A stretch of 31,067 nucleotides of DNA from a virus: the IMG/VR virus record IMGVR_UViG_3300020153_000005, positions 1 to 31,067 of that record; one strand, 5' to 3'. Positions 8,637 to 14,418 of the stretch are shown piece by piece. Positions within the stretch are counted from its first letter, which is position 1. Each line of letters starts with the position of its first letter. The notes below the pieces were generated by a model that was given only the letters and a program-made list of their open reading frames with translations, was not told the origin of the DNA and did no database searches. The translations under genes were made by a program, and so were the position numbers.

Positions 8637-8642
8637 TTTTTG

Positions 8643-8840
8643 TTATCTTTTAGCCAAAAGTTTTACCCAATCTCTTAGTCTATCTTCTGGTATTTCGTCT
8701 ATTCGGCAAATAAAACAGATTGGTTCTTTTTCTTTTTCAAACTCAAAAGCTCGTCCATCTTCTCCAAATCTCGCTCCGCATTTACAACAAGGTTTCATCA
8801 TCCAATCTGGATATTCTTTTTCTTTTTTTGTTTTTTTCAT
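8643..8840 (-). CDS. Zinc-ribbon mini-protein (65 aa).
   Basis: MKKTKKEKEYPDWMMKPCCKCGARFGEDGRAFEFEKEKEPICFICR.... ATG 8840 is preferred over the GTG start at 8933 given in the track. Confidence 0.5.
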   Translation of the reverse strand: MKKTKKEKEYPDWMMKPCCKCGARFGEDGRAFEFEKEKEPICFICRIDEIPEDRLRDWVKLLAKR

Positions 8841-9066
8841 ATATTTTTTTATCTTCCCGGCCTTTTTATAAAAAGTAATCCACAAGCAACCGAATAATTT
8901 TTTTACTAACCGCAGACGACCATATGTCTTCACGCCCGCTAATAGTTGGTTTTAGCCAAATTTTTTCCAATTCATCAACTCCTTTTTTGATTTCTTTTAT
9001 AATTTCTTCTCTTTTTTTCCTTCTGTTTTTTCTTTTTTCATATTTTTTATTTAAATAATTTTATTA

Positions 9067-9465
9067 TTAGTTTTTTAATTTTACCGACCTTTTATTTTTA
9101 ACCAACTCTTCGTATTTCTTTTTATAAATTTCAGCAATTTCTTTCAATTCTTTTTTTGTCCATTGTTTTATTTCTTTCGCTTTTTGCCAAAGTTCTTCTT
9201 CTGCTTTTTCCCCGTATTTTTTTATTATTTTTTCTCTTAAAACCGCTGGCTTACCTCCACCCCAAAGATTACAATTCATACATTGAGCGTGGACATTTCT
9301 TTCATCAAAGAAAACAGAAGCGTGTCCAAATGCTTGAATAAAATGCCCGGCGTTCATAAATCTTCCTTTTCCCCTTCTCCCGCAGGTCTGGCAAGTCCAG
9401 TTATCCCTCTCTTTTATGTAAAGAGCAAACCATTTCCAAGCTGTTGATTTTTTTAATGATTTCAT
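9067..9465 (-). CDS. ninG: NinG/Rap-like recombination endonuclease.
   Basis: WKWFALYIKERDNWTCQTCG...AGHF...FFDERNVHAQCMNCN follows the FS.YIR.RD..C..CG...GH...F.E.N...QC..CN pattern of lambda NinG-family proteins. Confidence 0.7.
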   Translation of the reverse strand: MKSLKKSTAWKWFALYIKERDNWTCQTCGRRGKGRFMNAGHFIQAFGHASVFFDERNVHAQCMNCNLWGGGKPAVLREKIIKKYGEKAEEELWQKAKEIKQWTKKELKEIAEIYKKKYEELVKNKRSVKLKN

Positions 9466-9761
9466 TTCAATTTTTTAATTTTTTTTATCACCCCAATAGG
9501 TATCCACTTCACATTACCGTATGACTTAAAATCTACATCTGTATTAAGATTCATACAAATAACAACAAAATCTCCTATTTTTCCAATAAAACAACCAACA
9601 CTTTTCACGACTGAACCTAATTTTGTTTTTTCTTTAATTTCATTCAAATCATACCACCCGCCGTAAGAAAATGCATCAATCCAAAAAATCTCATAAACAG
9701 AATATTTTTTCAAATTAAACTTATTCTTCGTCTTTACTGTTGATTTTTTTAATGATTTCAT
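9462..9761 (-). CDS. Hypothetical protein (99 aa).
   Basis: The ATG at 9761 overlaps the upstream TGA (ATGA). Its first 8 codons (MKSLKKST) are identical at the nucleotide level to those of ninG. Confidence 0.5.
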   Translation of the reverse strand: MKSLKKSTVKTKNKFNLKKYSVYEIFWIDAFSYGGWYDLNEIKEKTKLGSVVKSVGCFIGKIGDFVVICMNLNTDVDFKSYGNVKWIPIGVIKKIKKLK

Positions 9762-10210
9762 TGTTTTATTTTCTCTTCTTTTACAATTTTGCCACAATCT
9801 ACACATTTCTCACGATGAATTTCAATAATCTCAATTTCTGTTTTTTCGTGCTTACATCCATCCGGCGATGGCAAAACTTTCCTCACATCCGCCCAGCGGA
9901 TTATTTTTTTCTCAGGAGCGAATTTACTTATAAATTCTCCAATGTCTTTATATTTCTCGTAAAATTTTACACTTTCATAAATCCAAGATCTGCTTTTATT
10001 TAAATCTTTAGCAATTCTATCTAAAAATTCGCCGCCCCCTTTACTATATTTCTTATAAAGTGGAGAGTTAAATATCGCCTCGCCAACCTTATGCCTTTTT
10101 TCTATTTCTGTTAATGCCTGGCTAAAAGATAACTCAGAAATTATAACAATACATTCCTCTATTAAATTCTGGTATTCTTTTATATCGTCTTGTTTAATTA
10201 TTATCTTCAT
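9758..10210 (-). CDS. Hypothetical protein with a possible DNA-binding helical domain and a C-terminal zinc ribbon.
   Basis: ATG 10210 is preceded by GGAG. The C-terminus has CKHE...CVDC. The central segment KVGEAI...FLDRIAKDLNKSRSWIYESVKFYEKY looks HTH-like, but no family could be assigned. Confidence 0.45.
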   Translation of the reverse strand: MKIIIKQDDIKEYQNLIEECIVIISELSFSQALTEIEKRHKVGEAIFNSPLYKKYSKGGGEFLDRIAKDLNKSRSWIYESVKFYEKYKDIGEFISKFAPEKKIIRWADVRKVLPSPDGCKHEKTEIEIIEIHREKCVDCGKIVKEEKIKQ

Positions 10211-10273
10211 AATTCTCCACAAAAAATCAAAAAATAAACTCTTCCTTTTTCTGATTTTTTTCAATTTTTGGCA

Positions 10274-10420
10274 TTAAAATAACTTCTCTAAAACCGCCAC
10301 AATGACTGCAGCTATAAAATATAAAACCATCATCCTCCAAGTCATCGCCCACCACAAGCCGACAATCGTAAAATCTTTTTCTGAAATCTTGATATTAAAT
10401 TTTTGCCAAAGGTTTTTCAT
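10274..10420 (-). CDS. Small membrane protein (48 aa).
   Basis: MKNLWQKFNIKISEKDFTIVGLWWAMTWRMMVLYFIAAVIVAVLEKLF contains one hydrophobic helix. The AAAGGTCG motif lies 18 nt upstream. Below the track cutoff. Confidence 0.4.
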   Translation of the reverse strand: MKNLWQKFNIKISEKDFTIVGLWWAMTWRMMVLYFIAAVIVAVLEKLF

Positions 10421-10456
10421 ATTTTTTTATTTTTTAAACGACCTTTAATTAATGAC

Positions 10457-10948
10457 CTAATATTCATTGTTTATTAAATCTTCAATGTTAATTCCTTTTT
10501 CTCTTTCTTCTTGCGATATTTCACATAAATCTAAATCGCCCGAAATCCCAGAAGCATCTCCATAGATTCCAGAAACGTCACCTTTAATTCCGGAAACATC
10601 GCCACTAACACCAGAAGCATCTCCTCTAATACCAGAAACATTGCCTATAATTTTAGAAACATTGCCTCTAATACCAGAAACATTACCTCTAATACCAGAA
10701 ACATTGCCTATAATTTCAGAAACATCGCCATATATTTCAGAAACATCGCCATATATTCCAGAAACATCGCCTTTAATTCCGGAAACATCTCCATCAATTC
10801 CAGAAACATCACCTCTAATTCCAGAAACATCTCCATATATATTTGAAATATCTCCATATATATCTGAATGAACACCTTCTTTTATTTTGTTATCTTCAAA
10901 ATAATAAGTTTTAAATTGTATTATTCCTCGTTTTAATGCTTTTTTCAT
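10457..10948 (-). CDS. Heptapeptide tandem-repeat protein (G-D/N-V-S-G-I-x, about 15-16 copies). It is probably a beta-solenoid; function unknown.
   Basis: Residues 32-138 show uninterrupted period-7 repeats (GDVSGIR, GDVSGIK, GNVSGIR and similar), flanked by short unique N- and C-termini. Confidence 0.7.
   Translation of the reverse strand: MKKALKRGIIQFKTYYFEDNKIKEGVHSDIYGDISNIYGDVSGIRGDVSGIDGDVSGIKGDVSGIYGDVSEIYGDVSEIIGNVSGIRGNVSGIRGNVSKIIGNVSGIRGDASGVSGDVSGIKGDVSGIYGDASGISGDLDLCEISQEEREKGINIEDLINNEY
10535..10855. repeat. 21-bp tandem repeat array (coding).
   Basis: Units such as ccagaaacatcgcc(a/t)(c/t)taatt recur with a 21-nt period. The array is in frame within CDS 10457-10948. Confidence 0.85.
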
Positions 10949-10953
10949 TGTTT

Positions 10954-11178
10954 TTATTTCTTTAAACGACCTTTAACTTCGCCTATTATTTTCAAAATTA
11001 ATTTTTCTAAATCTTCATTATCTCCTAAAAATGAAACAATTCTGTCTTCATAACATTCATCTTCTTCATCAAAAACTCTAACGACATATCCCTTCCGCCC
11101 GTCTATTCTATATTTTACAATCAATTCAGCCTCCTCCCCATTATCTAAATATACAATTTTTTTATTTTTTCTATTCAT
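10954..11178 (-). CDS. Hypothetical acidic protein (74 aa).
   Basis: ATG-initiated ORF with the AAAGGTCG motif 17 nt upstream. No motif was recognised. Confidence 0.5.
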   Translation of the reverse strand: MNRKNKKIVYLDNGEEAELIVKYRIDGRKGYVVRVFDEEDECYEDRIVSFLGDNEDLEKLILKIIGEVKGRLKK

Positions 11179-11281
11179 TTTTTTTATTTTTTAAACGACC
11201 TTTTTAATTTCGCCGAGCCAGAGTGCCGTTATGGTAGTTCTAAAACTCTATATACTTTAATCTAAATAGAGGATTTTTTAT

Positions 11282-11301
11282 GTTTACACGCTCGTGTAAA
11301 C
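11282..11301. repeat. 20-bp palindrome, copy 2 of 3 (GTTTACACG-CT-CGTGTAAAC; the perfect 11-bp arms span 11280-11303).
   Basis: On the minus strand it contains the ATG (11303) of a 13-codon mini-ORF (MFTRACKHKKSSI, 11262-11303). That ATG is preceded by the strong SD TAAGGAGGT (11321-11313) at 9-nt spacing. Confidence 0.7.
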
Positions 11302-11341
11302 ATCTAAAAACTACCTCCTTAACCCGAACACCCCAGCCCGT

Positions 11342-11662
11342 TCATAGCTTATATCCCAAATATTCTATTTTCCAAAAAAACGGGTCTTCTTTCGCTCTTA
11401 TCTGTTTATTTTCTGGTAAAAGAGTAAAATAGCAACCTATTAACTTCATCGGATTATTCGGATAAAGAAAAACTGCTTCTGTTTTCTTTCCATATTTTAA
11501 AATTTTTTTAGCTTCTATCGGCTCGGTAAATCCTGCTGGTAATTTTAAAACAATTAAATCATTATTCTTTGCATATCTCTCAACCAAATCAAGCCTTAAA
11601 TTCACCCAAGCCCTATTTCCTGTCCAATGTGTTGGTTTGTTGAACTTGATTATTTGAAGCAT
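11342..11662 (-). CDS. Hypothetical protein (106 aa).
   Basis: ATG-initiated ORF. No motif was recognised. Confidence 0.5.
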   Translation of the reverse strand: MLQIIKFNKPTHWTGNRAWVNLRLDLVERYAKNNDLIVLKLPAGFTEPIEAKKILKYGKKTEAVFLYPNNPMKLIGCYFTLLPENKQIRAKEDPFFWKIEYLGYKL

Positions 11663-11795
11663 TTTTCATTTCTCTATATTCTTTTTTCAAAACATTAACT
11701 TTAACTTGACAACTCCCGCAAATACCTCTTTCGTCTCTTGTATCATCTCCGTATATCACTATACCATTACATATTGGACATATATTCTTCTCCAT
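11613..11795 (-). CDS. Zinc-ribbon mini-protein (60 aa).
   Basis: The motif is CPICNG...CGSCQ. It overlaps both neighbouring genes. Confidence 0.5.
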   Translation of the reverse strand: MEKNICPICNGIVIYGDDTRDERGICGSCQVKVNVLKKEYREMKNASNNQVQQTNTLDRK

Positions 11796-12177
11796 TTTTG
11801 TTTAATTCTTTTAAAACTGGTAAAAGTTCTCTAATTTTTTCAACTATAACATCAGCAACAATATCGCCTTTCTCATACATTGCTAAAACAATATCAACCG
11901 TTCTGCTAAAAGCAAGACCTTTAGCCTGACCTTCGGCTTTGAGTAAAACATTTCTTTTAATAGCTTCCTCTTTTTCTTTCATTATTTTTTCCCAATAAGA
12001 AGAACTCGATTTAGGTTTAACAGAAGGAACAGAAGAATTTACGGTAACCGGAATTGACTTGTAATTATTACATACCTGACATTTCCAACCTTTGTATGGT
12101 TTTCCATCTGACTTTCTATTGCCAGAGACAAAAACCATTTCATTATTACATTTTTCGCAAAAAACTTTATCTAACAT
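11767..12177 (-). CDS. Zinc-ribbon protein (136 aa).
   Basis: ATG 12177 (MLDKVFCEKCNNEM...WKCQVCNN), giving CxxC...CxxC followed by a charged C-terminal domain. The track ORF uses an upstream alternative start. Confidence 0.5.
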   Translation of the reverse strand: MLDKVFCEKCNNEMVFVSGNRKSDGKPYKGWKCQVCNNYKSIPVTVNSSVPSVKPKSSSSYWEKIMKEKEEAIKRNVLLKAEGQAKGLAFSRTVDIVLAMYEKGDIVADVIVEKIRELLPVLKELNKNGEEYMSNM

Positions 12178-12182
12178 ATTTT

Positions 12183-12359
12183 TTAACCTTCGTAAGGAAT
12201 GTGGCTCGGATGACGACAACTATCTTCGCCATATTTAGCTCTACAATCGTGGTCGTCATCATAAAAAATTGGTTTTTCTACTTCCGGTAATTCTTCACCA
12301 AGATTAGGAATATCTTGTCTTTCGCCTAAAATATATCTAATAACTTCTTTTGCCCACAT
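12183..12359 (-). CDS. Hypothetical mini-protein (58 aa).
   Basis: MWAKEVIRYILGERQDIPNLGEELPEVEKPIFYDDDHDCRAKYGEDSCRHPSHIPYEG. A motif variant, AAAGGTCA, lies 16 nt upstream. Hand-translated. Confidence 0.4.
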   Translation of the reverse strand: MWAKEVIRYILGERQDIPNLGEELPEVEKPIFYDDDHDCRAKYGEDSCRHPSHIPYEG

Positions 12360-12382
12360 ATTTTTATTTTATTTATGACCTT

Positions 12383-12553
12383 TTAATTCAAAAAACTAAT
12401 TAAAAACCTTGCTTGTGTTAGCCAAAACGAATTCCAGTATCCAGTTTTACCTTCTATAGCAATTTGAGCTAAAGCCCCGAACAAAATAATCAAGTCAAGT
12501 AAAACCAGAAACAAAACAACTCCGCCAATAACTTTAATAATTTCTTTAGTCAT
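12383..12553 (-). CDS. Small membrane protein (56 aa).
   Basis: MTKEIIKVIGGVVLFLVLLDLIILFGALAQIAIEGK.... Its ATG overlaps the upstream stop (ATGACTAA). AAAGGTCG lies 17 nt upstream. Confidence 0.45.
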   Translation of the reverse strand: MTKEIIKVIGGVVLFLVLLDLIILFGALAQIAIEGKTGYWNSFWLTQARFLISFLN

Positions 12554-12737
12554 TTTTGTTTTTTATTAATCGACCTTTAATGATTTGATTTATTCTCTCT
12601 CTTGAAAGTGTCATCCCGAATTTTTCTTTAACTAAAACTTTTATCATTGAAAGTGTTAATCCTTTTTTTCTTAATCTTAAAATATACTTATTTCTTTTTT
12701 GGATTTTTTTGAGTAAATCTTTGTCAACCTCATTCAT
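12546..12737 (-). CDS. Small helix-turn-helix regulator (sigma region-4-like / LuxR-like HTH).
   Basis: 63 aa. LRKKGLTLSMIKVLVKEKFGMTLSRERINQII resembles a region-4-type HTH. It is the first gene downstream of a TTGACA promoter. Confidence 0.5.
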   Translation of the reverse strand: MNEVDKDLLKKIQKRNKYILRLRKKGLTLSMIKVLVKEKFGMTLSRERINQIIKGRLIKNKND

Positions 12738-12745
12738 ACATTATA

Positions 12746-12796
12746 ATTATTTACCACCATAAAAAATTGTCAAGACCAACCTGTGGATAACTTTTT
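12746..12796 (-). promoter_or_regulatory. Promoter with an upstream 20-bp repeat that contains a perfect DnaA-box sequence.
   Basis: On the minus strand: AAAAAGTTATCCACAGGTTG (12796-12777, with the TTATCCACA box at 12790-12782), then TTGACA (12773-12768), a 16-nt spacer, AATAAT (12751-12746), and only 4 nt before ATG 12737. Confidence 0.55.
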
Positions 12797-13214
12797 ATTT
12801 TTCTTCAGCTTCTAACCTTTCTCTTTCTTCTTTTAACCAAGTCTGACAAACACAGTTTTTGGTATGCTTCCAGCCCATTTTTTTATAAAAAGAAAAGTGG
12901 GTTTTCTTAAAATAATCACTCAAACTCTCTACCTCTCCTCCTCTGACTTCACTTGTTAACTTTTTTAAGTCATTATGCCCTTCTAAAACGCCATCTATCG
13001 TTATTCCCATTTTTTTATATTCAGCCACATCGTCATCAGCCGGAACTATTTCTTTTATGGACGACACGCTAATAATTCTATCTTCTAAGACAATTCTCTC
13101 TTTTCCTTCAGCTATAAGTTTTTGATATTGCCTAAATGTCGGCTCGTCTATTATCATTTCTTTGGTACTATATTCTTCACCGTCACCGTATTGAATAACC
13201 TTATAATACCTCAT
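12795..13214 (-). CDS. Hypothetical protein (139 aa).
   Basis: ATG-initiated ORF overlapping the initiator gene by 14 nt. No motif was recognised. Confidence 0.5.
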   Translation of the reverse strand: MRYYKVIQYGDGEEYSTKEMIIDEPTFRQYQKLIAEGKERIVLEDRIISVSSIKEIVPADDDVAEYKKMGITIDGVLEGHNDLKKLTSEVRGGEVESLSDYFKKTHFSFYKKMGWKHTKNCVCQTWLKEERERLEAEEK

Positions 13215-13956
13215 TGTTGTTTTTAGTAATAATTCCGACCTTTGATTTTGACTTGTCTATTTTTTGTTTCTCTTGCTCGTAAAAGATTTTTAGCTCGCCA
13301 AGTTTATTTTCAAGCTGAATAGGGGTTGTTATTCTGGGGGCGTATGGACGATTGATTATGTAAGGAAGTGCCGTAATTATACTTTTCAGCTTTTCAAACC
13401 CGAACTTCTTATAGAGCCTTTTTAAGGCGTCTGTTTGATTTTTTCTGCTGAATAAAACCTCATAATTAGGATTTACTTCTTTAAATAGAGATATAAGCTC
13501 TTTTCTGTCTTTATCTGATAAGCCGTCCTTTTCTCCGGCAACTTTTTCAGTTGCCAATAATATATTATTTATCTTTTCTTCTTTAATACTTTTATTATTC
13601 TGTTCATCATTTGATGAATCCCCCCCTTCATCATTTGATGAACCCCCATTCATCATTTGATGAATACCCCTTCTAAAAGATATCAACGGTATTATTTCTT
13701 CTCTTTGTTTTTTGTCCTTAGAAAATACACGAAAAATATATCCTCGCCTCTCTAACCTACTCAAAGAATTAGCAATCGTTATTTTGTTTTTTGCACCGCA
13801 CAATTCTTTAAGAGTCGAATTGGACGCTATACATTTTTCGCCCTTTAACTGAACCAACCAATAAATCACACCATAAAGAATTCTATCAAGGGGTTGTAAT
13901 TCGTCGTCTAATATAACTTGATGCGGGATAATTATAAAATCAGGATTTTTTTTCAT
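13201..13956 (-). CDS. Replication-initiator-like protein with an N-terminal winged-helix domain.
   Basis: ATG 13956 (MKKNPDFIIIPHQV...). LDRILYGVIYWL...CIASNSTLKELCG..KITIANSLSRLERRGYI follows the HTH_36/replication-protein pattern. The low-complexity linker is encoded by iterons, and a helical domain forms the C-terminus. Confidence 0.55.
   Translation of the reverse strand: MKKNPDFIIIPHQVILDDELQPLDRILYGVIYWLVQLKGEKCIASNSTLKELCGAKNKITIANSLSRLERRGYIFRVFSKDKKQREEIIPLISFRRGIHQMMNGGSSNDEGGDSSNDEQNNKSIKEEKINNILLATEKVAGEKDGLSDKDRKELISLFKEVNPNYEVLFSRKNQTDALKRLYKKFGFEKLKSIITALPYIINRPYAPRITTPIQLENKLGELKIFYEQEKQKIDKSKSKVGIITKNNNEVL
13603..13664. repeat. Three tandem copies of the 16-bp perfect palindrome TTCATCATTTGATGAA (iteron-like; candidate origin).
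   Basis: Copies are at 13603-13618, 13627-13642 and 13649-13664, separated by C-rich 6-8-nt spacers. An AT-rich tract at 13557-13602 flanks them. All of this lies inside the initiator-like CDS linker. Confidence 0.7.
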
Positions 13957-13981
13957 ATTTTTTTTAATTAAACGACCTTTG

Positions 13982-14046
13982 AAAATAAAAAAGCCCTCTG
14001 GAACCGACACGAGGCATTTCTGCCTCACGCCAGCTCCAGAAGGCTT
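13982..14046 (-). terminator. Long intrinsic-terminator hairpin in the leader of the initiator gene. It appears to be part of a terminator/antiterminator switch.
   Basis: Minus-sense RNA: AAGCCUUCUGGAGCUGGCGUGAGGCA-GAAA-UGCCUCGUGUCGGUUCCAGAGGGCUU followed by UUUUAUUUU. This gives about 25 consecutive pairs when G-U is allowed. The same positions would be A-C mismatches in plus-sense RNA. Confidence 0.6.
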
Positions 14047-14101
14047 TTGTGTTTTTTTGCTGGCATTTTGTCGGTTCCACCATCTTTAAGATGGTAATTA
14101 T

Positions 14102-14129
14102 ATTATAATCAAAAAAATTTTTTTGTCAA
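14102..14129 (-). promoter_or_regulatory. Consensus sigma70-type promoter driving the replication/early operon.
   Basis: On the minus strand: TTGACA (14129-14124), a 16-nt spacer, then TATAAT (14107-14102). Confidence 0.65.
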
Positions 14130-14132
14130 ATA

Positions 14133-14239
14133 TGCGGGGAGGGAAAAGGTCAAATTAAAAAGGTCTTTAAATTTAAGGGGTTATTTTTTAAGGCCAAAAT
14201 TATAAAAATCTACAGAAGTAGAAATAAAACCTCCCCGCA
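14133..14239. repeat. Long-range GC-rich inverted repeat enclosing two plus-sense AAAGGTC motifs.
   Basis: TGCGGGGAGG (14133-14142) is complementary to CCTCCCCGCA (14230-14239). AAAGGTC occurs at 14145-14151 and 14159-14165. The whole element sits in the divergent control region. Confidence 0.6.
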
Positions 14240-14336
14240 ATTTTATTTTATTTCTAATTTTAAAAGAGTCAAACCGTCAATTAAAAAGAATTTTTTTTAT
14301 TATCTAATATAAATAGAACCTCAAAATGTTCTGTCA

Positions 14337-14379
14337 AAAAAGTTATCCACAGGTTGTTAATTTCTAAAAATGCTATAAT
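14337..14379 (+). promoter_or_regulatory. Promoter of the plus-strand island, carrying the 20-bp repeat and DnaA-box sequence.
   Basis: AAAAAGTTATCCACAGGTTG (14337-14356, TTATCCACA at 14343-14351) is followed by the extended -10 TGCTATAAT (14371-14379). The gene starts at 14419 with the SD AAAGGAGG. Confidence 0.6.
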
Positions 14380-14418
14380 AAAATTAGCAAACCAAAACTA
14401 AAGAAAGGAGGATAAAAA

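Noticed and set aside
10641-10871. Plus-strand ORF (76 aa, repeats of PETSPLI) and a possible reading of the 21-bp repeats as a CRISPR-like array.
   Set aside because: It is the antisense reading of the heptapeptide-repeat gene. The repeats are contiguous with no unique spacers and are in frame with a well-supported minus-strand CDS, so this is a coding tandem repeat and not a CRISPR array or a separate gene.
13957-14028. N-terminal extensions given by the ORF track through alternative starts: the initiator at 14028, terS at 8382, 9806, 10264, 12219, 2379, 6339, 8933, 15356 and 29547.
   Set aside because: The extensions run through hairpins, terminators or upstream genes, and they lack SDs. 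Internal ATGs with better context and tighter gene packing were preferred. Start sites remain predictions.
13965-14083. 39-codon ORF in the replication leader (MVEPTKCQQKNTKAFWSWREAEMPRVGSRGLFYFQRSFN) with two Trp codons in the terminator arm, considered as a trp-style leader peptide.
   Set aside because: It has no SD. It spans the whole terminator rather than pausing upstream of it, and the Trp codons are not in a segment-1-like position. RNA- or protein-mediated attenuation is more plausible, though translation cannot be excluded.
14029-14418. Search for tRNA or other classical RNA genes in the largest non-coding region and elsewhere.
   Set aside because: No cloverleaf-compatible sequence was seen: no acceptor stem or T-arm GTTCRANYC pattern. 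The structured segments are better explained as leader or attenuator and inverted-repeat elements.
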